Below the pieces are notes generated by a model. The model did not search any database. It was not told the DNA's origin and worked only from the letters and a program-made list of their open reading frames with translations. A program made the translations under genes and the position numbers. A DNA stretch of 16,069 nt, taken from positions 1 through 16,069 of the forward strand of contig JBBILZ010000054.1 in assembly GCA_037444665.1 (NCBI GenBank), read 5' to 3'. Positions within the stretch are counted from its first letter, which is position 1, and each line of letters opens with the position of its first letter. Origin of the DNA: a candidate division WOR-3 bacterium (GTDB taxonomy: Bacteria; Hydrothermota; Tepidihabitantia; SM23-42; JAOAFX01). Below are positions 1 to 9,452 of this stretch, in pieces.

Positions 1-34
1 GCTAAAAATGAACTTGCTGAAAAAGTCTCCTTTT

Positions 35-60
35 GTCACCCTGAACTTGGTTCAGGGCCT
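35..60. repeat. REP-like short palindrome (GTCA-CCCTGAAC-ttg-GTTCAGGG-cct)
   Basis: 8-bp perfect stem 39-46/50-57 with a 3-nt loop, preceded by GTCA. This resembles GTCA(T/C)CCTGAAC-type REP palindromes. Only one copy in the window, at the window edge. Confidence 0.45.
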
Positions 61-137
61 CAAAATATCCCCAATATATGATGTGGACATTTTATAAAAC
101 GCTCTAAAAACTGGGGGATGGCAAGATCAAACTTGAT

Positions 138-176
138 AACAAGATATTCAGGGGGATACCCCCTGAATATCTTGTT
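138..176. repeat. Perfect 18-bp hairpin; contracted form of module A of the ~170-bp repeated element
   Basis: AACAAGATATTCAGGGGG-ata-CCCCCTGAATATCTTGTT. The arms match the ends of module A at 15796-15898 and 2728-2830, with the internal segment missing. Confidence 0.9.
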
Positions 177-645
177 TTACAGTTCTTAATATTATCGGCA
201 GTTCATTTTTTAACCACTTCTCCCTTAAAACTGGATCGGCTTGGTAATATCTACGCTCCGGCTTCTTAAAAGTAAGATTTAATCTCCGAAGCATTCTCCA
301 CATCGTTGGCTGTGAAATATTTATATTAAATTTCTTTTTAATCACTTGGATAAGACGTCGGCAAATCCAGAAGTCTGTTTCATAGCCAAATTTTGAGGCC
401 GGCCTTAAAACAATCTCTTTTAATCTCTTTAATTGTAATGATGTTAATTTTGTAGGTCTACCACTACCAACTTTTCTGGATAAGTCCTTAAAGTCTTTGT
501 TTTTGAGATATTTAATTTTCCATCTATAAACAGTGGTTCTATGAACATTGTAAACCTGGGCGATTCTTGTTAAAGGCTGATTATTTAATAAAGATTTTAT
601 TGCGTTAACTCGTAACCGATAAGTAGAATATTTTAAATCTGTCAC
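148..645 (-). pseudogene. Truncated IS630-family transposase (HTH/winged-HTH half only)
   Basis: N-terminal HTH (IAQVYNVHRTTVYRW), GRPTKL linker and winged-HTH block (FGYETDFW...ISQPTMWRMLRRLNLTFKKPERR) are typical of IS630. The last residues (QDIQGVSP*) are encoded by the 138-176 hairpin. I found no DDE continuation in any frame in 61-137. Confidence 0.85.
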
Positions 646-712
646 ATAGCCATTATAATCATTTTAGATATGTTGTCAAGAAGTAATGTTGCAATTTTTA
701 TGAATAGCACTA
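177..712 (-). mobile_element. IS630-family insertion sequence remnant (left end plus 5' half of transposase)
   Basis: Transposase fragment plus a putative left end starting TAGTGCTATTC (minus strand from 712), abutting a TA (713-714), the IS630 target dinucleotide. No matching right end seen; the boundary is inferred. Confidence 0.6.
652..679 (-). promoter_or_regulatory. Sigma70-type promoter of the transposase, probably leaderless
   Basis: TTGACA (679-674), 16-nt spacer, TATAAT (657-652). The GTG start at 645 lies at the expected +1 position and there is no RBS. Confidence 0.7.
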
Positions 713-764
713 TATAATGAAAAATTCATTATTACGTATTGGAATTTTTCAAATTCCAATACGT
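713..764. repeat. Double hairpin; diverged module B of the ~170-bp element, possibly also the operon terminator
   Basis: ATAATGAA-aaa-TTCATTAT (714-732) and ACGTATTGGAATTT-ttc-AAATTCCAATACGT (734-764). Homologous to 15912-15965 and 2660-2714. Lies 10 nt downstream of the stop codon at 775. Confidence 0.85.
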
Positions 765-774
765 GAACATAACA

Positions 775-3028
775 TCAGAAATACACTAAATACTTTGCCT
801 TTATTGCCCCAACCTGATTCTGTAATCTAAGACTACTATTCTGATCTGTGCGATAGTCATTCAGAGCAATGTAGAGCCAGGATTTAGGCTTGAAGTTATA
901 TGAAAAGAGAAAACCAAACCGATTTGAATAAATTTCCATTTCTTTAAAATCATTCCCTTCTATTTCTAATACGAGCTCTGAATAGATACTAATACCCATA
1001 TCTTTCGTAATCTTATAATCTATCCGCGGCGTCAAGCAGGGTGTAATTGCCGCAATATATCCCTCTGGATTCCATTCTATATTGTAATTTAGGGAAAGCG
1101 AGATTGAAAGGGGTGATGTCGGATAGACTGCCAACAGAAACTGACTTAAAAATTGATAAGCAAGCCAGGACTGGCGATAGTTATAACAATACCTATAATC
1201 AAAACTAAAACTGGTTTGATATTTCCGATGGTATCCGCTCCAAATAGATAAATTAAGCCCTTTATATAGATAATTGATATCGGCTTCAAATTTCTTACCC
1301 CATTCAAAATTAAGCCAAAATCCCCATTGATTGTGCATTTCAGTATCAATTGCAAAATTTAATATCTGAGACCAATCAGAACTTTCCGGTTCTTTTAATA
1401 GAATAATCCCTATGCCTGAAAAAATCTTATTTATTATCCCGGTTCCAAAGAATCGTTGGGGACCAGCAATAAAAGAGCCCTTCTTTTCACCAATCCAGGG
1501 CACATAGCCAATATCACTCACATCAAAGGAATCACTGATGGCTAAAAAACTTCCCTGGGCAAGCATGGTCTTTGTTTTATATAGAGTGCCACCAGCAGTA
1601 GCCCAGCCTCTTTTTCTATTTTTATCACTCATGGCTGATTGTAAGATCAGCTGTAATGGTCCAGAACGGTAAACACCATCAGTTCCCAGCGCATAGTTAT
1701 AATTTTCTGCATTTTCCATCGTACTACTGAATAATAGTCCCATCTCAGAATTTTCTAACAACCCTCGCTTCGCCCTTAATACACCAAATCCTCGGAATGG
1801 TTCAGCACCTATTTTGTTTGTTAGCGCGCCAAGCATACCTAAATTCCAGTACTTCTCTTTATTAATAAAAGTGATACCACACAAAATAGGCACATAGCCA
1901 TTGGCAACAGGCTTTCCAATCCTTCGTGAATAATAGATTTCCAAAGGAGTAAAATATTTTTGGCCAAGGTTCGCCATCCTAAAAATATCCCTTCCTTCAA
2001 TAAAGAATGGACGTCGTTCTGCCAATCTGATTGGATATCGGGTTAGATTAAATGTATAAGGGTCAGATTCAATCTGGGCAAAATCAGGAAACATAGTCGT
2101 ATTTAAGGTCATCTGGGGAGTGACATCCATTTTAAGATTCACACTCACACTAGGTCTGGCATTTGTCTCTACCGTATCTTTATCATAACGTAGAAAAGCT
2201 TCAGGATAAATTTCAATATAATATCCGGTTGAGTGTGGAGTAATCATTGTTAAGCTACCGAAGTCTGAAACCCGCAATCCATCTTTTTGAGCAACAGGAC
2301 TCCAATATGAAGCCTCATAGTCCTTGACACCCCAACGGAGAAAATTTATACCCCATGCATTTGCCCCCTTTTTATATCTAATTGACTTAAAAGGAATCTT
2401 AATTTCAATCTCAAAACGGTCATTATAACATTTTGAAACAAAATAAAAAACACCACCCCAAGATATATCCCGACATTTCCCGTCTTCAAGAATAATACCG
2501 TCTTCATACATTCCGCTGGCACAAAGATTAAAATAATAAGCAGTAGTCTTGTTATTAAAAGTATCTAAATATAGAATCACCTGGTCTTCAAAGCCGCTGA
2601 ACGATGCAATCGGTTTTCGTCCGGGTGTAAAACACCGAAATGCAAAGTAGATATTATTATCGTATAGGAATTTGAAAAAATTCCTATACGAGAATAATGA
2701 AATTTTTCATTATAGGAAATAAATGGCGACAAGATATTCAGGAAAGGATGGTATGAGATTGGTTTTGCACAAAGTGAGTGTTCGTTATACAGCGGGGGTT
2801 TTCAGGGGGCATCCCCCTGAATATCTTGTTATCCATAAGAATATAAACAACTGTTTGTTCAGTTGCTGAATCACCTTCACTTGGCTGGTATTGGATAAAT
2901 CCATAGGTTGAATCACCTTTATACCATATTTCTTCTATGAATCCATCAATCTTTGGAGGTATTTCAGTATATTTGGCCTCAATCGTTTTTACATTTGTTA
3001 TCAGTAAACACAATAATAAAAGATTCAT
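775..3028 (-). pseudogene. CBM9-like/DUF5916-like outer-membrane beta-barrel protein gene interrupted by the ~170-bp element
   Basis: ORF 2738-3028 gives a hydrophobic N-terminus and PPKIDG..EEIW..GFIQYQP..VYILMD. After the insertion the frame is open from 2658 (NNIYFAFRC...EDQVILYLDTF) into ORF 775-2580 (EIKIPFKSIRY, WGINF.R, PDFAQIESDP, ERRPFF, YYSRRIG, C-terminal YLVYF). Removing 169 or 172 bp joins them into ~693-694 aa, collinear with the paralog at 4787-6829. The start overlaps the ABC stop (ATGA) and has an AAGGAG RBS. Confidence 0.85.
2659..2830 (-). mobile_element. ~170-bp palindromic non-autonomous element (MITE/REP-like), inserted in a CDS
   Basis: Its reverse complement matches 15796-15966 with 8 substitutions and 1 indel by my manual alignment. 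It splits a coding sequence. Confidence 0.85.
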
Positions 3029-4755
3029 TGTTTCTCCTTTTTTATAAACTGCTCATCATAAAGATTTTTGTAAACAGAGCAGGATTTGTATAATTCAGAA
3101 TGTTTACCTTCACCAACAATCCTACCATTATCCAACACCAAAATTCTATCCGCATTTTGAATGGTTGATAGCCGGTGGGCAATGATTATTGTTGTACGAG
3201 CCTTTAATAGATTTTTTAATGCTGACTGAATCATCTTCTCTGATTCTGAATCCAGTTGGGAGGTCGCCTCATCAAAGATCAAAATCTTTGGATTCTTTAT
3301 TAAAGCCCGGGCAATTGCAATCCGCTGACGCTCTCCACCAGATAAATTCACACCACGCTCACCAATTTTTGTCTCATACCCTTCTGGCAGATTTTTTATA
3401 AACACATCCGCATAAGCCAATTTTGCCGCCTCCTCTATTTCACCATCCTTTGCCTCAGGATTGCCGAACCTGATGTTTTCCCTGATTGTATCAGAAAACA
3501 GAAATGTCTCCTGCGAGCAAATCCCGATATATTTACGTAGTGTTTTTAATTTTGCTTCTTTTATATCCATCCCATCAATCAAAATCCTGCCCTTTGTCGG
3601 CGCAAAAAACCTTAAAATTAAAGAAACCAATGTGGTCTTACCAACCCCACTCCTGCCCACGATCGCCACTACCTCACCAGGATTTATCTTAAACGATATA
3701 TCTTTTAAGACCTCCTCAGTGCCATTGTATGAAAAAGCGACATTGTCAAAGATAACTTCTCCATTTTTTATTTCAATATCCCTTTTGCCATCCTTTTCAG
3801 GCTCAAGGTCAAGCATCTCAAAAATCCGCTCCACTGCAGCCAATGAACGTTGCACATTCAAATTCAGATTATATAAATTTCTGGTTGGTCCAAAGAGATA
3901 ACCAATAAAGGAATTGAAAGCAATCAAACTGCCAATTGTTAAATTCCCCCGCATTATCTCAGCACAACCATACCAGATTAAAAAAATCGGTCCTGCAGAA
4001 GAGATTAAAACCGAAGAGATTGAGGCCAGGGTCGCAGTTATGTCAAGTCTTATCTCCTTTATAATCACCTCTTTTATCCTGCCCAGTATCTTGATCGTTG
4101 CCCGTTTTTCACCAGTGAATGACTTAATCACTGAAATACCAGATAATAATTCTTGTAAATCCTTGTTCAATAAAGCATATCGCTCCCTTACCTCATAACT
4201 CATATTTCTGACTCTCTTGTTAAAGACCATTAAAGAGAATAGATAAAAGGGTAGAATCAAAAAGCAGATTAAGGCAAGTTTGGGATGGATGTATAATGTG
4301 CAGGCAATTCCCGCAATAAAGGTTAGGATATTCTGGCCTGCAGAGACCAGGGTATCTGCAAGCAATCCTTGAACTGCATTGACATCGTCACTCAAGCGGG
4401 TCATTAGATAACCGGTCTCTTTTTTATGAAAGAAAGAGAGTGAGACCCTCTGGATATGCTCAAAGAGTTTCAGTCTAATATCAAATAAGACCCGACCACG
4501 GAATGTGGTCAATAAGAACCTTTCTAAAAATGAAGAACCCGCCTGAATTAAAAGAACACCGATGATTAAAATGCCGATGATATTGAGCAATTGGAAATTT
4601 TTTAGCACAATAACTTTATCTATAAGATAACGGGTCAAAAATGGCATAGGCAGTTGCAGACCAACGGAAAGAAGCATAAAGAAGAAGGCAAAAACCCCTT
4701 TCCGCCAGTAGGGCTTTAAGAAGTTTAAAAATCTGAATATTTTTCTGTAATTCAC
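3025..4755 (-). CDS. ABC exporter, fused TMD-NBD (MsbA/Sav1866-like), no C39 peptidase domain
   Basis: 576 aa. N-terminal transmembrane domain, Walker A GRSGVGKTT, signature LSGGERQ, Walker B ILIFDEATS, switch IAHRLST. Confidence 0.95.
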   Translation of the reverse strand: MNYRKIFRFLNFLKPYWRKGVFAFFFMLLSVGLQLPMPFLTRYLIDKVIVLKNFQLLNIIGILIIGVLLIQAGSSFLERFLLTTFRGRVLFDIRLKLFEHIQRVSLSFFHKKETGYLMTRLSDDVNAVQGLLADTLVSAGQNILTFIAGIACTLYIHPKLALICFLILPFYLFSLMVFNKRVRNMSYEVRERYALLNKDLQELLSGISVIKSFTGEKRATIKILGRIKEVIIKEIRLDITATLASISSVLISSAGPIFLIWYGCAEIMRGNLTIGSLIAFNSFIGYLFGPTRNLYNLNLNVQRSLAAVERIFEMLDLEPEKDGKRDIEIKNGEVIFDNVAFSYNGTEEVLKDISFKINPGEVVAIVGRSGVGKTTLVSLILRFFAPTKGRILIDGMDIKEAKLKTLRKYIGICSQETFLFSDTIRENIRFGNPEAKDGEIEEAAKLAYADVFIKNLPEGYETKIGERGVNLSGGERQRIAIARALIKNPKILIFDEATSQLDSESEKMIQSALKNLLKARTTIIIAHRLSTIQNADRILVLDNGRIVGEGKHSELYKSCSVYKNLYDEQFIKKEKQ

Positions 4756-4786
4756 AATTCTACTTGGTAATAATTACATTAATATA

Positions 4787-6829
4787 CTAAAATTTGAGTG
4801 AATAAGTTAATTTTGTGACGAAAATATTATTGATACTTTCAGGATCAAAAGTTCGCTGTTGGTTATAAACAAAGTACAACATAGTTCGGGATGTAAACTC
4901 ATAACCAAGTAGGAAGTTGTAATTTAACTTTTGAAAGTCCTGTAAAGCCAAAGATTCATCTGTTTCAGCTCCAGTTTTTGATTCGGCCTGTAAATAAATT
5001 CTAAAGAAAGCCTTATTGGTAATTTGATAAGAAATACTTGTATTTGTAAACCAACGCCATCGAGTTTCACCCCAACATAAGATTTGAAAATAAGGCCAGA
5101 CAGTAATTGATTTAATGGGCTGAATAATGAATTCAATCTTCCCTAACCGAATTGGCTCATTGTATAAACGACCATACCTAAAATAAGAGCTAATGCCAGT
5201 TAAACCGCCGACATTACTTTCAATCTGAAACTCAATATTTCTATTCACAAATTCCTCTTCATCATAACGTTCATACCACCTCCGACCATAAATACCCAAC
5301 CGCCATTTAGAATCAGTCACAAAATGCAGCCATAATGTTGTTCTTCCGCGGGATAAGCGGTCACCGCTCTCTTGGGCAAGGTCAAAGAATGTTCCAGCAC
5401 TAATCCACTCAAAAATACCTTTATTTCGAATAAATTTATACCAACCCTCTCCAGACAATACCTGTTTATTGATATCATATATATTTATAAAACCCTGGTC
5501 CACCCAAAATTCAGGACAGATCCGCTGATAATAAATGGAAGCGCGATATATTCCAGTTTCACCCTCAATACCAATGTTACCTGCCCAATTATCACCCCTC
5601 ATGCCCGTATTATTCGTTGTCGCAATCTGGGAGATAAATAGAAACGGCTGATAAAATGGTAAATTTAAATCCATACCAAACGCTTGGCTTATAGTATCTG
5701 CAAGTTGTTTATGTGTTGCAAGAATACCAACGGTTGTAGTTTTAAAACATTCCTGTTTGAATCTCACCAAAGAAAAGTTTTCTTTTGAATCTTTTGTCTG
5801 AACATCCAGTCCAAGAATCTCGGTGGATTTGATCTTGCCATAGATCTTAGCCCCACCCAAAATTTCTTTTATCCGCCGGGTGTAGAAGAGCTGAATCGGT
5901 GTCATAATAATGCTACTCCCCACATTAAAGAAAGGCCTTTTTTCAAGAAGGTAGAGTTCCTCCCCTTCTTTATAGGATAAATTAAATCTTAATGGGTCAG
6001 CTTCTATCTGCGCGAAGTCCGGTAAATAAGTAGCATTAAAAATAAAAGATGAAGTAATGTTATATACAAAATCAATGCCACCTCTTGGATTCAGCGAATC
6101 TTGTTTACACCAAACCGCACCGTAGGGCAAAATTTCAAACCTGTATACTTTCTGTTTTATAGAAAGACCAGTGAGTGTGCCATATTCAGAGACCTGGGTA
6201 AATCTTTTGACTGGCGCCAAGCTTGTAGTTTCCCAATGTGGTCTTTCCGTTCGCCAGAAATTTATCCCCCAGATAAGACTATCTTTATTGGGAAAATTTA
6301 ACTCAGAGAAAGGAATTGCGATTTCCATTTGCCAGCCGTTCTTTACCATTCGGGCTTTGGTTTCCCAATATGCATCCCATGTCTGGTCTAAATTACAACC
6401 ATTATCAATTATTCGGCCATCAAGTTTTGCGCCCAAAAGATTTGCCATAAAATAATAGGCATTTCGCCGATCATAATAAGTGTCAATCATAACTTCAAAT
6501 GCGTCATCCCTAAAAATCGGACCATCACGCTGATTGACCGCACATTGCATCTTATCAGGCTCAGATTCAAGCATGTGAACGCCAAAATATATCTTTTTGT
6601 CATCATAACAGACATAGACATAAGTTGGCTGAGTTACCGGTGCTTCTGAATTAGGTTCCACCATGATAAAATCAGTTGCAGGAGTGCAGAGTTGCCAGCA
6701 AGAGTCATCTAATTTGCCATCAATTATGGGTGGTGTATCAGTGTGGATAGCATAAACAACTGATTCTTGTATTCGCGTAGCCAGCAAAATCGGTATTGCT
6801 AAATTCAAGAATAGTGCACTCATTGGCAT
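4787..6829 (-). CDS. CBM9-like/DUF5916-like outer-membrane protein (intact paralog)
   Basis: Signal-peptide-like N-terminus, PPIIDGKLDD..W, YDDKKIYFG, EIAIPFSEL, WGINFWR, PDFAQIEADP, EKRPFF, LFYTRRI, C-terminal amphipathic strand ending in F (TKLTYSLKF). The AGGAGG RBS spacing favours a start at the second ATG (6823). Confidence 0.8.
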   Translation of the reverse strand: MPMSALFLNLAIPILLATRIQESVVYAIHTDTPPIIDGKLDDSCWQLCTPATDFIMVEPNSEAPVTQPTYVYVCYDDKKIYFGVHMLESEPDKMQCAVNQRDGPIFRDDAFEVMIDTYYDRRNAYYFMANLLGAKLDGRIIDNGCNLDQTWDAYWETKARMVKNGWQMEIAIPFSELNFPNKDSLIWGINFWRTERPHWETTSLAPVKRFTQVSEYGTLTGLSIKQKVYRFEILPYGAVWCKQDSLNPRGGIDFVYNITSSFIFNATYLPDFAQIEADPLRFNLSYKEGEELYLLEKRPFFNVGSSIIMTPIQLFYTRRIKEILGGAKIYGKIKSTEILGLDVQTKDSKENFSLVRFKQECFKTTTVGILATHKQLADTISQAFGMDLNLPFYQPFLFISQIATTNNTGMRGDNWAGNIGIEGETGIYRASIYYQRICPEFWVDQGFINIYDINKQVLSGEGWYKFIRNKGIFEWISAGTFFDLAQESGDRLSRGRTTLWLHFVTDSKWRLGIYGRRWYERYDEEEFVNRNIEFQIESNVGGLTGISSYFRYGRLYNEPIRLGKIEFIIQPIKSITVWPYFQILCWGETRWRWFTNTSISYQITNKAFFRIYLQAESKTGAETDESLALQDFQKLNYNFLLGYEFTSRTMLYFVYNQQRTFDPESINNIFVTKLTYSLKF

Positions 6830-6886
6830 CCTCCTATTTTATTGATTGCTCATCACAAGTAATTGACTATAATAACCATCTTTAAT

Positions 6887-8266
6887 TCATCGTTCTTCCA
6901 ATTCAATTGAAGAAAAATCCAACCTGAATCCATTACTTCTACTCCAGTTTATTATAATGTCAAATTCCTTGTTTTTAATCCGAGTATCCCTTAAATCCTT
7001 AATTTTGTAATATAATGGCAGACGAATAGGCAAACGTAATTTAATTTCTAAGGGAATTACAAATAATCTTACAATTTTTCTCTGCATAATTCTCAACTCG
7101 CCCGGAATATAAGTACAAAGAACCTTTAATAGCAGGTAAATAACTAAGATAAAAAAGGCTGTTCGATATTTAACGCGGTTTTTTATCAGCTCAGTATGAA
7201 TAAAAAAAATATTAATTGCTGATGGTCTTACTGGATTGTTATTATATAAAAATAGAAATGTGTGAGCTCGTCGCAATTTAGTGAAATATCTGGGACATTT
7301 TTTACTGAGATTATCAATAATATGTGAATTTTTGTAAATCTTTTCGGTATATTCTAATAAGCTATAAAACACTGGTAACAGCCCATCCTTATAAAATTTA
7401 GCAAGAACCCAATCCCAATCTAACGACGCTTTAGTTGTTAACAAATAAAGGTCATTAATCCACAATAACCTCAAGAAACCGTGCTCTACAATATGGGCTA
7501 CTAAAATATATGCAGTATGTTCTAATGAAATCGCCCAGAATTCAACAGTTTGTAGACATAGTTTAATTTTGTTTTTAAATAACATCGCGACAGGCAAAAA
7601 CAAATATTGAGCATACTTTGCATCTATATTTTTAATAAAAGGCGCCATTCTATTGTCTATTTGAATATCTACTAAATTTACATATCTTGACGAAATCTTG
7701 CCAGCGCCGTTTTCGGAAAGAATTACTGATAAATTGTTTAATCGCAATTTCTTGTTAATAACCAAGTCGTTGGTTGGTGGCCAAAAGGCCACAAATTTAA
7801 AGAAAGAATCCATATCACAAAATAGCATATCTATATCTCTCATTTGCCTATATATCTTGGTATGATTAAGATATAAATATTGCATCGGCAATCCCTTAAA
7901 GAAAATACCATTTTCTCCGGCTTTTGTAATATCATTTATACACTGCTCTAGCAGGGCAACATTTTTATCTCTATCGCCAACTGTTGGTACTATTTTAACT
8001 ATTCTTTCAATACAGTTCTCAAGAAAAAAGAGTTTCGGTTGAAATTTGGATTGTATATATTGCATATTGAAAAAGACTGAAGGCAAAATTCTGTGGACTT
8101 TATTAGCGATATTAACAAACAGATCTACATTTAGAGGTAGATATTTGACATAGTCCAGCACTACATTGATGTCTATCAATTCGCTTTCTATCGGAGCCAA
8201 TAACTCTAATATTTTGAATTCGGGAGTGGGATAGGACATGCTGGTTATGTATTTTTTTTGTAGCAA
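6887..8266 (-). CDS. Nucleotidyltransferase, NTP_transf_5-like
   Basis: FFKG...Y.....RQMRDIDML (KG and R..DID motifs) and later HIVEHG..RLLWINDL, characteristic of the uncharacterised nucleotidyltransferase family. Start uncertain (TTG 8266 or the downstream ATG at MSYP). Confidence 0.75.
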   Translation of the reverse strand: MLQKKYITSMSYPTPEFKILELLAPIESELIDINVVLDYVKYLPLNVDLFVNIANKVHRILPSVFFNMQYIQSKFQPKLFFLENCIERIVKIVPTVGDRDKNVALLEQCINDITKAGENGIFFKGLPMQYLYLNHTKIYRQMRDIDMLFCDMDSFFKFVAFWPPTNDLVINKKLRLNNLSVILSENGAGKISSRYVNLVDIQIDNRMAPFIKNIDAKYAQYLFLPVAMLFKNKIKLCLQTVEFWAISLEHTAYILVAHIVEHGFLRLLWINDLYLLTTKASLDWDWVLAKFYKDGLLPVFYSLLEYTEKIYKNSHIIDNLSKKCPRYFTKLRRAHTFLFLYNNNPVRPSAINIFFIHTELIKNRVKYRTAFFILVIYLLLKVLCTYIPGELRIMQRKIVRLFVIPLEIKLRLPIRLPLYYKIKDLRDTRIKNKEFDIIINWSRSNGFRLDFSSIELEER

Positions 8267-8318
8267 TGAAACTTTTCAAAGAATTCATACAAGGGAAATT
8301 TCACCATTAAATCGCACA

Positions 8319-9452
8319 TCATTTGGCTTGCCGTTTGTTAGATATTCTGGAGAATAATTCATTTAGTAAGATAGCTGATTTTGCTTTATTACGGGCATTC
8401 TGTATAAGTTTGTAAACGGGGATGGTGTTAGAGATCTGGTCAATAATCCGGTTTGCCTCTCTGGTATTTACACAAAAACAGTTGTTAAGATAAGATTGCT
8501 CTTCAAAAGGTACACGCAGATAGTTTGCCATCAAGTAATTAGCGGCTTCTTTTTGTGATAGATGTATCAATCTAACTTCATCTATTTCCTCGGCCAAAAC
8601 AGGAACAACAAAACAGCCAATTCTCGCAATAGGCGTAATTTTGCATTTGAGAATTGATGATAAGTGCTGGGGTCTGAGATAAATACGGTAATCTTGGAAT
8701 TCATTCTTGCTTTGCCAACTTTGAGTATAATATAAATTTTGAATCTCACCCAGCAGACTTTGCAAACAAGAAAACTGGCGTATTGTTGATAAACGCATTC
8801 CGATAGAAACAGGAAGTCCATAAATTAAGTTATTTGTATAATTCACAAGGGCTTCATCATTACTCAAAAAACCGCAATCACAATTCAACAGCGCATTAAT
8901 TAATGTTGTTGTTTTTCCTGAAAGCTTCGCCCCAATAAAGCATATACTATAGCCATTTTTTACTATACAAGCAGCGTGAAAAGGTAAGGCACCGTGTTCA
9001 ATTAAAAGTAGTTTTATAAGTGCTCTCGCAAAACGCATCAGAGTGAGTTTACCCACTCTATTGCAGGACACTAGTATCGTAATATTCCTCCTGCTTTTGT
9101 CGTAGAAATAATAGATGCTATGTTTATCTTTATTCTGACAAACAATATCAATATGATTATTTAACGATGTAGCATAGTTATAGTTTTGACATTCTCGGCA
9201 AAATAAGTATTTCCTAAATTTCTGTGATACAACAGAATTTGTGATTGCATAAAGCGTTATTTGTGGTAATGCATGGAGAGTTACTTTAAAAAAATCAGCA
9301 AAATACATATTTATAAATTTTAAAAAGGAACTATTGTCTGCTTTTAAAGTCATTATTGCTTCGCCAAAAGAATAAGTAATACGATGTCCTCTTGTATCAA
9401 GATTAGAATTAAGGGTTTCAAGCAAGTGTAATAAGACATTATTTTGTTTCAT
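8319..9452 (-). CDS. HPr kinase-related P-loop kinase
   Basis: LPFHAACIV..G....FIGAKLSGKTT followed by FLSNDEALV, matching the HprK-like His / Walker A / DD-like arrangement. Start overlaps the upstream stop (TAATG). Confidence 0.8.
   Translation of the reverse strand: MKQNNVLLHLLETLNSNLDTRGHRITYSFGEAIMTLKADNSSFLKFINMYFADFFKVTLHALPQITLYAITNSVVSQKFRKYLFCRECQNYNYATSLNNHIDIVCQNKDKHSIYYFYDKSRRNITILVSCNRVGKLTLMRFARALIKLLLIEHGALPFHAACIVKNGYSICFIGAKLSGKTTTLINALLNCDCGFLSNDEALVNYTNNLIYGLPVSIGMRLSTIRQFSCLQSLLGEIQNLYYTQSWQSKNEFQDYRIYLRPQHLSSILKCKITPIARIGCFVVPVLAEEIDEVRLIHLSQKEAANYLMANYLRVPFEEQSYLNNCFCVNTREANRIIDQISNTIPVYKLIQNARNKAKSAILLNELFSRISNKRQAK

Noticed and set aside
2738..3028. 96-aa ORF as an independent small protein
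   Set aside because: It is the 5' part of the interrupted barrel gene; its C-terminal residues (KIFRGMPPENP...) come from the inserted element.
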